In this document: in pieces, positions 34,339 through 44,385 of the stretch
How positions within the stretch are numbered: the first letter of the stretch is position 1
Layout of the letters: each line of letters starts with the position of its first letter
Program-made: the position numbers and the translations under genes
Origin: an uncultured Rickettsiales bacterium
GTDB taxonomy: Bacteria; Pseudomonadota; Alphaproteobacteria; Rs-D84
Direction: 5' to 3'
Length of the DNA: 64,000 bases
Assembly (NCBI GenBank): GCA_900550495.1
Contig: URSJ01000004.1
Span: 7,908-71,907, forward strand
The notes under the pieces: model-generated
What the model was told of the DNA's origin: nothing
The model's database searches: none
Seen by the model: only the letters and a program-made list of their open reading frames with translations

Positions 34339-35769
34339 TCACGACCGCAAATATGACGCAGGATTATACGCCTTGGTTCCCTTGCGAATTTCAAAGTGCA
34401 ATTGCGGACGATCTACCTTGCCTGTCGCACCAACTGTGCCGATTTTTTGTCCGACCGAAACGCGTGCGCCACGGCGCACCGACATTGAATCCATATGCGC
34501 ATATACCGTCATCCACCCACCAGAATGTTGAATGATAACCAAGTTCCCCATACCTTTGACCTCGTTCCCGGCATAGGCGACAACGCCGTTTTCTGCCGCC
34601 TTGACCGCTGTGCCACGCGACGCGCCAATATTTATACCATCGTTAAACAGACCGCCAGACTTTGCACCATAATGCGATAAAATCTTGCCCCGCACTGGCC
34701 ACGAGAATTTTGACGATGACCGTGCCGCAATCGTCGGCAACTTTTTACTGGGGTCAGACGAAATTTTTTGTCTTGGCATCGCAATCTTGTGTTCTGATTT
34801 TTTGGTTGTATCAGACGTCGCACTCCCCTGTGTGCGACCTGTCACAGACGTTGGTGTCTTGTTGTCAGGCATCGTCGCTGTAGTGGCAACTGGCGCAGCA
34901 GTTGCAATATTCGCTGTTACCGCACGCACTGGTGCCGACGACAAATTTGGAACCTTTAATTTCTGGCCGACCGATAATGTGAACGGTGCCACAATATTAT
35001 TCATTACCGCCAGGTCATTTACCGGCACAGAATATCGTCGCGACAGTGAAAACAGTGTGTCGCCCGGTGCAACCGAAATTTCAGACAACTGGACACGTGT
35101 CGTTGTTGCGACCGCGGGCACGGACGTTTTTACTGGCCGCTGTTCTGGCGCGGCGGACGTCGCCATGCGCGGAGATTCCGCCGATTGTGCCAATTTTAAT
35201 TTTTGCCCGATGCGCAACGGTGCCGTAATATCCAGATTATTTCTGTGCGCCAATTCCTGGGGGGTAGATGCATATTGCTGGGCCAACGAATACAGTGTAT
35301 CACCACGCGCGACGGTTATTTCAGTATCACTGATTGGAACCGTTGGCGCATTGCGCACGTATTCCGGCACAACCAGATAATCACTTGTTGGTGTTTCCGC
35401 AATATAATCTGATACCGCACCGTCCGACGTTTGTGCAGTTGCGTTGTTCGCAGTCGGCGCACCATACAACGCACTGTCGCCCGTGGCATCATTTTGCGGT
35501 GGCACAATATAATCATTTACCGACGCATATGTAACATATTCATCTGTCCCGACCGAGCCATACAATTGTGGCGATGCATAAACGCCATAGTCCGACGCCG
35601 CAGAATTATATATTTCTGGCTGTGCATTTGGATCGGCCAACAATGCTGGATAACGCGACGAAATAAATTCACCAACCGTATCGGGCAACGATATAATTTT
35701 GGGCTGTAAATCACAGCCGACGCACAGCAACAAAATCACACACGAAAATAATAATGATAATTTTCTCAC
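34339..35769 (-). CDS. nlpD: LysM-domain M23 metallopeptidase lipoprotein (NlpD-like)
   Basis: Lipobox LCVGC. Two LysM repeats (VARGDTLYSLAQQY.., VAPGDTLFSLSRRY..). C-terminal M23 domain (GINIGASRGTAVKAAENGVV, VIIQHSGGWMTVYAH, LHFEIR). GTG start. Confidence 0.85.
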   Translation of the reverse strand: MRKLSLLFSCVILLLCVGCDLQPKIISLPDTVGEFISSRYPALLADPNAQPEIYNSAASDYGVYASPQLYGSVGTDEYVTYASVNDYIVPPQNDATGDSALYGAPTANNATAQTSDGAVSDYIAETPTSDYLVVPEYVRNAPTVPISDTEITVARGDTLYSLAQQYASTPQELAHRNNLDITAPLRIGQKLKLAQSAESPRMATSAAPEQRPVKTSVPAVATTTRVQLSEISVAPGDTLFSLSRRYSVPVNDLAVMNNIVAPFTLSVGQKLKVPNLSSAPVRAVTANIATAAPVATTATMPDNKTPTSVTGRTQGSATSDTTKKSEHKIAMPRQKISSDPSKKLPTIAARSSSKFSWPVRGKILSHYGAKSGGLFNDGINIGASRGTAVKAAENGVVAYAGNEVKGMGNLVIIQHSGGWMTVYAHMDSMSVRRGARVSVGQKIGTVGATGKVDRPQLHFEIRKGTKAYNPASYLRS

Positions 35770-35776
35770 GCGGATA

Positions 35777-35785
35777 ATTATATCA
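35777..35785 (-). promoter_or_regulatory. Extended -10 element TGATATAAT, 7 nt upstream of the nlpD GTG start
   Basis: Gene-orientation sequence TGATATAATTATCCGCGTGAGAAAA. Confidence 0.4.
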
Positions 35786-35825
35786 TAAAATCAATGCAAA
35801 ATACAAAGTAATCTGAATATAAACA

Positions 35826-36545
35826 TCAATTTTTCACATCATCTTTACGCATGAATACAATGCTGGCCTCGAACAATAACCACATTGGAACCGCCAACGC
35901 AACCTGGGACACAACATCAGGCGGTGTTAAAACGGCCGCCGCAATCACAATCAATATGATTGCATAACGGCGCATTTTTATTACGCACACACGTGACAAC
36001 AGACCTATTCTGTTCAGCATTACCAAAACCAGCGGTAATTGAAAAGCAACCCCAAATACCTTTAGCATACCGATTGCAAAACCCAGGTAGTCGCGTGCCG
36101 CTGGCATCAATATCGCAGGCACCGGTGCCGACGTGTTTAATTCCATAAAGAAGCCAAATACAAACGGAAACATAACATAAAACGCAAACGCCGCCCCGCA
36201 TACAAACAAAATCGGCGACATTACCAGTATTGGCCATATAAACGCGCGTTCACGTGTGCGCAGTCCTGGTGCAACGAATGCCCAAAACTGATATAGTCCA
36301 AACGGTATCACGCACACCAACCCCGCCAGCACCGCCAGCGAAAAACGTATCATCAAACCGTCAGACACCCCGTTATACAGCAATGTCCCATTTGGCCATA
36401 CGTGCAACAATGGCGCAGTCAAAGTCATCTGCATCCATGGCGCAATATACCACCCGATAACAGTCGCCAGACAAAACACTGCAAATGTCCACAACACTCG
36501 GCGGCGCAATTCAGCAAAATGCTGCATCAGTGTCATTTTTTGCAT
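35826..36545 (-). CDS. tatC: Twin-arginine translocase subunit TatC
   Basis: Six-TM TatC signature (HFAELRRRVLW.., FYVMFPFVFGFF, TPPDVVSQ). Confidence 0.92.
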   Translation of the reverse strand: MQKMTLMQHFAELRRRVLWTFAVFCLATVIGWYIAPWMQMTLTAPLLHVWPNGTLLYNGVSDGLMIRFSLAVLAGLVCVIPFGLYQFWAFVAPGLRTRERAFIWPILVMSPILFVCGAAFAFYVMFPFVFGFFMELNTSAPVPAILMPAARDYLGFAIGMLKVFGVAFQLPLVLVMLNRIGLLSRVCVIKMRRYAIILIVIAAAVLTPPDVVSQVALAVPMWLLFEASIVFMRKDDVKN

Positions 36546-36838
36546 TTGCGCCCCCCTGGTGTTTTTTTAGCCGTCACACGTTTTTGTTTTTTTATAGGCG
36601 ATGAAAATTCCGCCAACATATCGTCAGTTGTTGTTTTGATTAAATTATCAATCGGCTTTTCTAATTCAATATTCTCTTTGATTTGTTCAGATGCGTCTGT
36701 TATACGCCAAACAATTGTGCGAATAAATTTTACCACACGTGCCAGCATACGCGCCACATCCGGCCACATACGCGCCGGCAAAACGACAATCGCAACCAGT
36801 ATAATCACTAAAAATTCTGCACCACTGATTCCGAACAC
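36533..36838 (-). CDS. tatB: Twin-arginine translocase subunit TatB
   Basis: N-terminus (M)FGISGAEFLVIILVAIVVLPARMWP followed by an amphipathic helix. GTG 36838 is preferred over TTG 36844. It overlaps the tatC start. Confidence 0.8.
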   Translation of the reverse strand: MFGISGAEFLVIILVAIVVLPARMWPDVARMLARVVKFIRTIVWRITDASEQIKENIELEKPIDNLIKTTTDDMLAEFSSPIKKQKRVTAKKTPGGRKCKK

Positions 36839-36856
36839 GCGCAACGCCCCTCTGTA

Positions 36857-37468
36857 TTAGTCATAGAAATCGTCACCGCCACTAGTGCTGACCGTTTTAT
36901 GACGCGAAATCTGGAAATAGTTTTTACCAAAATCCGTTTTGGTTTTCAGTCCCGAAAACGCTACATCTGTTTTGGTGCCGGTCGCGTCAATAACACTCCA
37001 CGAATTTAATTTTATTGGCTTTTTATCAAACACAACGGTCATATTACCCAGTCCTTCTTGGCCACGCAATTCCATTTTCAACGCAAATGTTTTTTCCGCA
37101 CTGGTCGTTTCAACAACGTTTATATCAGCGTTTTTTAAATCAATATGCTTTCTGATTAAAATGCCGGCCGGTGTGCTGGTCAATGGCACAGTTGTAATTT
37201 GGTCTAGCGACCTGTCAAAAAAATATAAATCACGACCATCGGCAATCAATTGCACTGGCATATTTTTATAATCCAGACGTACACGCCCCGGGCGTAACAT
37301 TGAAAACGTGCCACGTTCCGTTTTGCCAGATGCCGTTTGCGTAAAATTACCCGTCAAACCAGTAACAGAATTCAAATACTTTTCTGCATTATTCACCAGT
37401 GTCCCGTCAACCACCGCATGTGCTGAAAACGTGCACATACACAAAAATGCGATAAATATTTTTTTCAT
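36857..37468 (-). CDS. lolA: Outer-membrane lipoprotein carrier protein LolA
   Basis: Signal peptide followed by the LolA pattern (YLNSVTGLTGNFTQ.., GTFSMLRPGRVRLDY, DGRDLYFFD). Confidence 0.8.
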   Translation of the reverse strand: MKKIFIAFLCMCTFSAHAVVDGTLVNNAEKYLNSVTGLTGNFTQTASGKTERGTFSMLRPGRVRLDYKNMPVQLIADGRDLYFFDRSLDQITTVPLTSTPAGILIRKHIDLKNADINVVETTSAEKTFALKMELRGQEGLGNMTVVFDKKPIKLNSWSVIDATGTKTDVAFSGLKTKTDFGKNYFQISRHKTVSTSGGDDFYD

Positions 37469-38427
37469 AATTTTTCCCCTTTGAACAATTCAACTATGCG
37501 ACTGTGTACATTTTCCAACGTGTCATTTACGACAGCCCCCGCGGCATACGTATGTCCACCACCACCCAGTGCCGCCGCAATATGATCAACCGGTCGCATG
37601 CGTCCACGTAACGATACACCTATTTGATTTTCTTTTTGTTGCTTTAACAACGCGACGTATTCAACGCCTTTTATTTGAGCCAGCAGTCCCAGAATCAATT
37701 CGCCCCGCCCATCCAGGTGTTTATAATCCTTTTTTTCAACTGTGGCCAGTGCCAAGTGTCCATGAAATAAAAATTCTGCATTGGCAACGACGGCTGCCTC
37801 GGTCTGAATCGCGCGACGTGGTTTATTATTCATTCCATCTGCCAGTTCAGCAATATTTACGCCATCATTTACCAAATCGGCCATAATGTTCAACACCGCG
37901 CCATTGCCTGGTCGCACATATTTAAAAAAACCCGTATCGGTCAGTATTGCTAATGCAATCAAACTGGCCACGTCTGCGTCTGACTGCCAGCCGAGTGCAC
38001 GCATAATCTGATATATAATCACGCCAGTGGCCGCCGCACTGTCATCATCAATACATAATTCGGCAACGTGTGCATCATTTATATGATGATCAATTTCAAT
38101 CGTATATTTGGCATTTTCCAATACCGGCATTGGTCCACCAATATTACGCGCCGTTCCATAATCCAGCACAATCGCAACATCAAACGGCCGCGCCATATCA
38201 ATGCGCGAATAAAATTGGATACGATTTCTGTCTGGGACATTATCCAGCGCGTCTGGGATATTACCATCATATACACACAGTGGCCGGCGACCATAATTCA
38301 TTTCAATCAATCGCGCCAGTGCCAAAACACTGCACAGTGCGTCACCATCTGGATTTTTATGTGCAAAAATCGCCACACTGCGCGCGGCGCGTAATTTTTC
38401 ATCAAACGTTTTTAATACAGAATCCAT
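37465..38427 (-). CDS. nrnA: DHH/DHHA1 phosphoesterase (NrnA-like oligoribonuclease / pAp phosphatase)
   Basis: Motifs HKNPDGDALCS, IDHHIN and GGGGHTYAAGA. Confidence 0.75.
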   Translation of the reverse strand: MDSVLKTFDEKLRAARSVAIFAHKNPDGDALCSVLALARLIEMNYGRRPLCVYDGNIPDALDNVPDRNRIQFYSRIDMARPFDVAIVLDYGTARNIGGPMPVLENAKYTIEIDHHINDAHVAELCIDDDSAAATGVIIYQIMRALGWQSDADVASLIALAILTDTGFFKYVRPGNGAVLNIMADLVNDGVNIAELADGMNNKPRRAIQTEAAVVANAEFLFHGHLALATVEKKDYKHLDGRGELILGLLAQIKGVEYVALLKQQKENQIGVSLRGRMRPVDHIAAALGGGGHTYAAGAVVNDTLENVHSRIVELFKGEKL

Positions 38428-38438
38428 ATACTTATACC

Positions 38439-40169
38439 CTATCCAACGACAATATCTTCAACAAAGAATTGCGCACTGACTCGACCATTATACTCATTTT
38501 CTTTCAGCCGCCCCAGCATTGTTATTGTAGTGTTTGTATTCGCATCGTCCAGTAAAAAGTCACCGACCGGTGTCCCAACCAGATTAAATCCAACAAATGA
38601 CAATTGTCCCCCACTGGTCGTGACAACACCGCGCAGATGTGCGCCCCCACCCATCACGGTTGCATATCGCAACGCTGCGCCATGCAGGATAAGCGTCGGT
38701 TCTGGATTCCCCTGACCAAACGGTTCTAATGCGTCCAGTTTATTTATCAACCCTATCGTCGCCGCCCCTGCGTCCAATTCGGCATCTGCCATAATTTCAG
38801 GCACCGGCACCACACCATTTAATTGTTCATGCACGGCATTTTCCAGAAACGCACGAAACGCACTTTCTTTTTCTGCTTCCAAAGAAAACCCCGCTGCCGC
38901 TGCATGCCCTCCTCCTTCGGATATAACGCCGGCCGCCAATGCGTCATGAATTATTTTTCCTAAATCAATTCCCGGAATCGAACGACCCGACCCGTTTATT
39001 ACACCGTCGCTGCGCGTTGCGACACACGACGGCAAATTATATTTATCCTTTAATCGTCCTGCAATAATCCCCATAACGCCACCATGCCAATCATCGCCAC
39101 AGACAAATAAACTGCAACGACCATCGCGACAATATTTTTCCGCAATATCAGTTGCACGTAACATAATCACATTTTGAATGTCAATGCGTTCACTGTTCAT
39201 ATGGTGTAATTTATTCGCCAAATCACCCGCAATCAGTGGATTATCAGTCAACAATAATTCCAATGCCGGCGCGGCCGAATCCAGACGCCCCGCCGCATTC
39301 AGACGCGGCCCCAACGCAAAACCTGCCGCATATACCGATGGCCGCTTTATCCCAGCAACCTGCATCAAGACACGCAACCCCAGGTTTTTACGCAACCCTA
39401 AAACCTTTAACCCAGTCGCCACAAACGCACGGTTCAGCCCCACTAGTGGCATCGTATCGCAAATTGTCCCTAATGCAACCAGGTCCAGATATTGCATTAA
39501 ATCCAACGCATCGACACGTGCACGCATATCATTCGACAATTTTCGCGCTTTTAATTCGCGTCGCAATGCAACCATTGTCATAAACGCAACACCAACCCCA
39601 GCCAGATATGTCAACCCAGACGTGTCATCAGCACGCTTTGGGTTTACAACGGCGTCCGCATCCGGCAACATCGCATCCGGCGAGTGATGGTCTGTCACAA
39701 CGACCTTCAAACCATGCGAACGCGCATATGCGACATCAGCGCCCCCAGATATCCCACAATCGACCGTTATCATCAATTTTGCACCCGACGTCAAAATTTC
39801 ATCAATCGCATTTTGATTCAGGCCATATCCTTCGCCATCGCGCGTAGGCAAATGCCATATACACTCTACCCCCAGCGCACGCATGCATTTTACACAAATT
39901 GCAGTTGATGTAATCCCGTCAACGTCATAATCGCCATATATCGCAATTTTGTCCCCCCGTAAAATACTGTCAGCGATGACGTGCGCCGCCATATCCATAT
40001 CACGTAACACCGACGGATTAGGCATATATTCTTTGATACTGGGGTTTAAAAATTTCTGTTGGGCAAGCGCATCAACCAGCCCGCGACTGACCAAGATTTT
40101 TTTAACTAAATCATCTGCACCGACCGCGCCATCAGATGATGTCGCGACCATCCATGCCCGCCCCAGCAT
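38439..40169 (-). CDS. recJ: Single-stranded-DNA-specific exonuclease RecJ
   Basis: Motifs GDYDVDGITS, VVTDHH and GGGHAAAAG. Start set to ATG 40169 (MLGRAW) rather than the TTG at 40217. Confidence 0.9.
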   Translation of the reverse strand: MLGRAWMVATSSDGAVGADDLVKKILVSRGLVDALAQQKFLNPSIKEYMPNPSVLRDMDMAAHVIADSILRGDKIAIYGDYDVDGITSTAICVKCMRALGVECIWHLPTRDGEGYGLNQNAIDEILTSGAKLMITVDCGISGGADVAYARSHGLKVVVTDHHSPDAMLPDADAVVNPKRADDTSGLTYLAGVGVAFMTMVALRRELKARKLSNDMRARVDALDLMQYLDLVALGTICDTMPLVGLNRAFVATGLKVLGLRKNLGLRVLMQVAGIKRPSVYAAGFALGPRLNAAGRLDSAAPALELLLTDNPLIAGDLANKLHHMNSERIDIQNVIMLRATDIAEKYCRDGRCSLFVCGDDWHGGVMGIIAGRLKDKYNLPSCVATRSDGVINGSGRSIPGIDLGKIIHDALAAGVISEGGGHAAAAGFSLEAEKESAFRAFLENAVHEQLNGVVPVPEIMADAELDAGAATIGLINKLDALEPFGQGNPEPTLILHGAALRYATVMGGGAHLRGVVTTSGGQLSFVGFNLVGTPVGDFLLDDANTNTTITMLGRLKENEYNGRVSAQFFVEDIVVG

Positions 40170-40235
40170 GGATTTATCTACTACCTTTCTCACTCTATAC
40201 TCTTTTTTTATTATCAAGAGTATTATAATCGAAAA

Positions 40236-41870
40236 TTATTCAAATAGCAACGGCAGTATACTGTCCAGAATTTTTCCCGTTGTTGGCACGGCATTCCATG
40301 CCGCGGTGCGCAGCCCCCAATTTTCTTTGATTCCCTGGGGTTCGTCCAAAATTACCAGTATTGTGTATTGTGGTGCAGTCGCGGGGAATATTCCTGCAAA
40401 CGCTGTCAAATTGCGCCGACGGTCAACACGACCATGCGCATCATATTTAACCGCAGTCGCCGTCTTTCCGCCAATTTGAATTCCGGCTACGCGTGCCTGT
40501 TTGCCACTGGTTTCTTCGGAAATACGCAACATTATCGGACGCAAACGCGCAGAAATATCGTCCGACAGAACGCGCGTGCCACGCACCGCACCCACATCGC
40601 GCTTTTGCAATGTTGGGTAAATATATATTCCACCATTTGTCATCGCGTTGACTGCCAACAACAGATGCATTGGCGTAATTGATATACCGTGTCCATATGA
40701 CATTGTTGCGCGTTCAACCGGCCCCCACTTTGCAGGCATAATTGGACGTTCAGTTTTGCCGAACTCTAATTCCAACGGCGTATCAAAATGCAGACGATGG
40801 AAAAATTCACGTTGCGCACCATCTGGCAAATCCAATGCAATTTGCGCACTGCCCACGTTGCACGAATGTAACATGATTTCCTCTATGGTCAAATATGGTC
40901 GTGGTGGTTTAAAACTTGACACATCTGAAATACGCGCGGCCGTGCGACCGAACTTATCCTGAATTTTAAAGGGTTCCTTAACATAGTATTCTTTGTGAAT
41001 ACCATTTTCCATCGCCACAGCCGTATTGAATATCTTGAATATAGAACCCATTTCATAAACACCACGCAATGGTTTAAACATACGGTTTGACGCCGAATCC
41101 AAACCGCGGTTTTCGGGATCAAAGTCTGGCAAAGATACCATCGCCAACATTTCACCTGTTCGCGAATTCATCAGCATTCCCATTGCCGCCTTGGCCTGGT
41201 ATTTCTGCATCGCCATGGATAACTGTTCGTAAAACACTGACTGAATTCGCGCATCCAACGACAGACGCAACGGCGCAACATTTTCACGCAAATAATCATC
41301 ATATATGCGTTCGGCCCCCTCTAAGCCTTGGCCATCATTACCAACAAATCCGACAACATGTGAAAACAATCTGCGCTTTGGATAACGACGTGTTTGCACA
41401 GGTTCCACGTCCAATCCCGCCAAGTGTGCCGTCGTTACCATATTGCGTTGATTATCACTGGCATACTTCTTTATATATATAAACTTGCGCGACGAGCCAA
41501 CTAATTGCAACGCATCGGATACGCTGTATTCATACGGTAAAGCCTGATGTATTAAGTTAGCAACTTTTTCTTTATCCTGGTCACGCACCTGGGGCGGCCG
41601 CAACGTAATATGTCCAGACATAATATTTTTGGCCAATATATCACCATTACGGTCAATTATATCCGCACGCGACACGTTCCAATTTCCGTCCGCCCCAGCC
41701 AAGCGCGACCGATCGGTTCCCTGGATTCCCAGATACAGCGTCCGCACCGCAAACAAAACAAAAAAGAATATAAACAGGCCATAAATCCAGCGCAAACGAC
41801 GTTGCGCCAGTCTGTCACCAGAATTTTCTATGAAACCGTGCTTGAAAACATCATTACCCACTTCGAACAT
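40236..41870 (-). CDS. ftsI: Peptidoglycan D,D-transpeptidase FtsI (PBP3)
   Basis: N-terminal TM anchor. SxxK (GSIFK), SxN (HSCN) and KTG-like (GGKTATA) motifs. Confidence 0.88.
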   Translation of the reverse strand: MFEVGNDVFKHGFIENSGDRLAQRRLRWIYGLFIFFFVLFAVRTLYLGIQGTDRSRLAGADGNWNVSRADIIDRNGDILAKNIMSGHITLRPPQVRDQDKEKVANLIHQALPYEYSVSDALQLVGSSRKFIYIKKYASDNQRNMVTTAHLAGLDVEPVQTRRYPKRRLFSHVVGFVGNDGQGLEGAERIYDDYLRENVAPLRLSLDARIQSVFYEQLSMAMQKYQAKAAMGMLMNSRTGEMLAMVSLPDFDPENRGLDSASNRMFKPLRGVYEMGSIFKIFNTAVAMENGIHKEYYVKEPFKIQDKFGRTAARISDVSSFKPPRPYLTIEEIMLHSCNVGSAQIALDLPDGAQREFFHRLHFDTPLELEFGKTERPIMPAKWGPVERATMSYGHGISITPMHLLLAVNAMTNGGIYIYPTLQKRDVGAVRGTRVLSDDISARLRPIMLRISEETSGKQARVAGIQIGGKTATAVKYDAHGRVDRRRNLTAFAGIFPATAPQYTILVILDEPQGIKENWGLRTAAWNAVPTTGKILDSILPLLFE

Positions 41871-42173
41871 TTATAATGTATCCCCCACCACACGCATTGG
41901 CACAGCATCAATTGATACACTTTTATGGAAACTGATAACTTCTGCATTTGGGGTAACACTGACCACCAGATTACGTAATATTTCAGGTCGAACATACGAT
42001 GCAAAATTCGCCTGACGTGCTGCAATTGTCTGTTGTGTTTGGACAATTTCGGCACGCACACGGTCACGCGCACGATTCTGTGTTCGATAGCATACCTGTA
42101 ACGCCGTGGTCAGCACGAATATAGCACCCAACGACCATATCCCGATTTGAAACATTCTCTCGTCTTCATTCAT
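41871..42173 (-). CDS. ftsL: Cell division protein FtsL (alphaproteobacterial type)
   Basis: Small bitopic protein immediately upstream of ftsI (TAA-ATG junction). Start set to ATG 42173 (MNEDERMFQIG). Confidence 0.6.
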   Translation of the reverse strand: MNEDERMFQIGIWSLGAIFVLTTALQVCYRTQNRARDRVRAEIVQTQQTIAARQANFASYVRPEILRNLVVSVTPNAEVISFHKSVSIDAVPMRVVGDTL

Positions 42174-42213
42174 GAATAAATTTGCCCCGTTTCCTATTAT
42201 CACACACAGTGTA

Positions 42214-42576
42214 TCATAAATTTTGCAAAAAACTAATCATAGAATTTACGCCGTTCAAACGCCCAGCCCCCAGTGGTAAATTCAGGCCGGCAAATTCAGC
42301 CCCCAGGTCCATTTGTTTTATTTCCGCCACACTTTTTCCGTCAACCATCGCGGTTATTATTGCAACAATCCCGCGAACAATCGCCGAATCTGCGCGGCCA
42401 TAAAATCGATTCCCCACGCGACATATTTCGGCATGCGACGCGCACCCAACGATATCACTGCATACGGCACCATCCGGCACCGCTGGCGCATGCGCACCAA
42501 TATCCATCACCATTTCCAGTTTATCCGCCGGCGCGTCCACCATATTTAATACAGATTTAATTTCATCATATGTCAT
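42214..42576 (-). CDS. sufE: SufE-family sulfur acceptor
   Basis: Pattern VGCASHAEI..GRADSAIVRGIVAII..GKSVAEI..LGAGRLNGV resembles the SufE/CsdE family. Confidence 0.7.
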   Translation of the reverse strand: MTYDEIKSVLNMVDAPADKLEMVMDIGAHAPAVPDGAVCSDIVGCASHAEICRVGNRFYGRADSAIVRGIVAIITAMVDGKSVAEIKQMDLGAEFAGLNLPLGAGRLNGVNSMISFLQNL

Positions 42577-42582
42577 TATGCA

Positions 42583-42894
42583 CTACCAACCCTGTTCTGT
42601 TAAATCCAGTTCCAGACGCGCTGTGTCCGACATGCGTGACAAATCCCACGCGGGTTCCCACACCAAATTGACGTGAACAGGCACGTCCACCACATTGGCA
42701 ACCGCCGTGTGCACTTGGGCCAATAATTCTTCCATCATGGGGCATGTTGGACTGGTAAACGTCATATCAATATCAACCGAATCGGATTTTATATCAATAT
42801 TATACACCAAACCCATATCCCAAATATTTACCGGGATTTCTGGGTCAAAGACCGTCTTTAACGCCGCAATAACATCATCACGAACAGACACCAT
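42583..42894 (-). CDS. sufT: DUF59/MIP18-family Fe-S assembly protein (SufT-like)
   Basis: Motifs DPEIPVNIWDMGLVY and TSPTCPM in a 103-aa protein. Confidence 0.8.
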   Translation of the reverse strand: MVSVRDDVIAALKTVFDPEIPVNIWDMGLVYNIDIKSDSVDIDMTFTSPTCPMMEELLAQVHTAVANVVDVPVHVNLVWEPAWDLSRMSDTARLELDLTEQGW

Positions 42895-42895
42895 G

Positions 42896-44008
42896 TTATT
42901 TCACCACACTGTTTATTATATCAACCGCCGTATGTGCATCGTCCATCGTGTTATATGAGCCGACCGATATACGCGCACTGCCCGGGACACCCAGTGCGCG
43001 ATGCATCCACGACGCACACATGTTTCCAACGCGCAAGCACAATCCACGCGCCCCGACCAACGCACCAAAATCCAACACATGCATATCATCAATCACAAAT
43101 GACAACATCGCCGCGTCCGGCGTGGTCAAAATCTTTATCCGCGGATTTTTAGACAACGCGTTATACATATATTTTATCAATCTCACGTCAGGACGTGATT
43201 GTGTCAAACATTCAATCGCTGGGCGCAGTCCTGCAATCTGTGTCAGTGGCAGGGTTCCAGCCTCCCAACAATCAGGACTGGGCTGTAATGAAAAAGCGCC
43301 ATCTGGGAAAACCCGGTTCACCATACCGCCACCAAATTTATCAGGCGACCATGCGTCTGGATTTTTAATATACATCACCCCCAGACCAGTATCTGCACCA
43401 ATCTTGTGCGCCGACCAACAGACAAAATCTGCGTCCCATTTTTGCACTTTTATATTGTCATGCACAACATATTGCGCCGCGTCAACTACCGTTATAACGT
43501 TTGGATTTTTTTGACGCGCCGCACGCACAATCGCGTTTACATCTTGGGGCTGGCCCAACACATTTGACATTGCAGTTATAACCAGAACATCAACATTTGG
43601 AATTTGCCGTACATCAATATCAAAATTTGCACTCAACGTGCATTCTATAATCTCTGCCCCAGTGGCCATCCAGGGCAGACGTGCACTGTGATGGTCCAAC
43701 GCCGATACCCCAACGCGCGTTTCGCGCGATGCGCCAACGATTCGCACAATCCGATTTAATCCATCTGTTGCGCCCGATGTAAAAACAATCTGATGCGGTG
43801 CAGCCCCCATAAAATCTGCGACACACTGGCGAACATCGCCAACCATTTTATCAGCTGCCGTGGCACGCGCACAAATTCCACGACCTGCATTTGCATATGC
43901 GTCACGTAAAAACGTTGTTTGTGCGTCAATAACCGACGCCGGTTTTAACGCCGACGCAGCCGCATCTAAGTATATGATTTTATTCATTTTATATGTTTTC
44001 TCTTGCAT
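42896..44008 (-). CDS. sufS: Cysteine desulfurase SufS/CsdA-like
   Basis: PLP Lys motif WSAHKIG and active-site motif RVGNMCA. The start is ambiguous between ATG 44008 and ATG 43987. Confidence 0.87.
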   Translation of the reverse strand: MQEKTYKMNKIIYLDAAASALKPASVIDAQTTFLRDAYANAGRGICARATAADKMVGDVRQCVADFMGAAPHQIVFTSGATDGLNRIVRIVGASRETRVGVSALDHHSARLPWMATGAEIIECTLSANFDIDVRQIPNVDVLVITAMSNVLGQPQDVNAIVRAARQKNPNVITVVDAAQYVVHDNIKVQKWDADFVCWSAHKIGADTGLGVMYIKNPDAWSPDKFGGGMVNRVFPDGAFSLQPSPDCWEAGTLPLTQIAGLRPAIECLTQSRPDVRLIKYMYNALSKNPRIKILTTPDAAMLSFVIDDMHVLDFGALVGARGLCLRVGNMCASWMHRALGVPGSARISVGSYNTMDDAHTAVDIINSVVK

Positions 44009-44063
44009 TTCTTACTGATTATAATACACTTGCCCAAAATATCAATAGCAGAAGGAGAAAAAG

Positions 44064-44381
44064 ATGGCATTGGAACACGCAAACGATACTAATTTTGACA
44101 CAACCGTCGCCAGTGGCATTACATTGGTTGATTTCTGGGCATCATGGTGTGGGCCATGTCGCATGTTCGGCCCTATATTCGAGGCGACATCAGACGAAAT
44201 CCCAGATGTTAAATTCGTAAAATTCGAAATTGACGAGGCCAACCGTCGCACACCTGCAAAATATGGGATTCGCAGTATCCCCAGCGTGTTAGCATTTAAA
44301 AACGGTGAGTTAGTAGAGGCCAGAACCGGTCTGATGGACGAGGACACCCTGGTTCAATGGATAAAAGAATTAAAAGGCTAA
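44064..44381 (+). CDS. trxA: Thioredoxin
   Basis: WCGPC active site, 105 aa, AGGAGAAAAAG SD. Confidence 0.94.
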   Translation: MALEHANDTNFDTTVASGITLVDFWASWCGPCRMFGPIFEATSDEIPDVKFVKFEIDEANRRTPAKYGIRSIPSVLAFKNGELVEARTGLMDEDTLVQWIKELKG

Positions 44382-44385
44382 TAAA

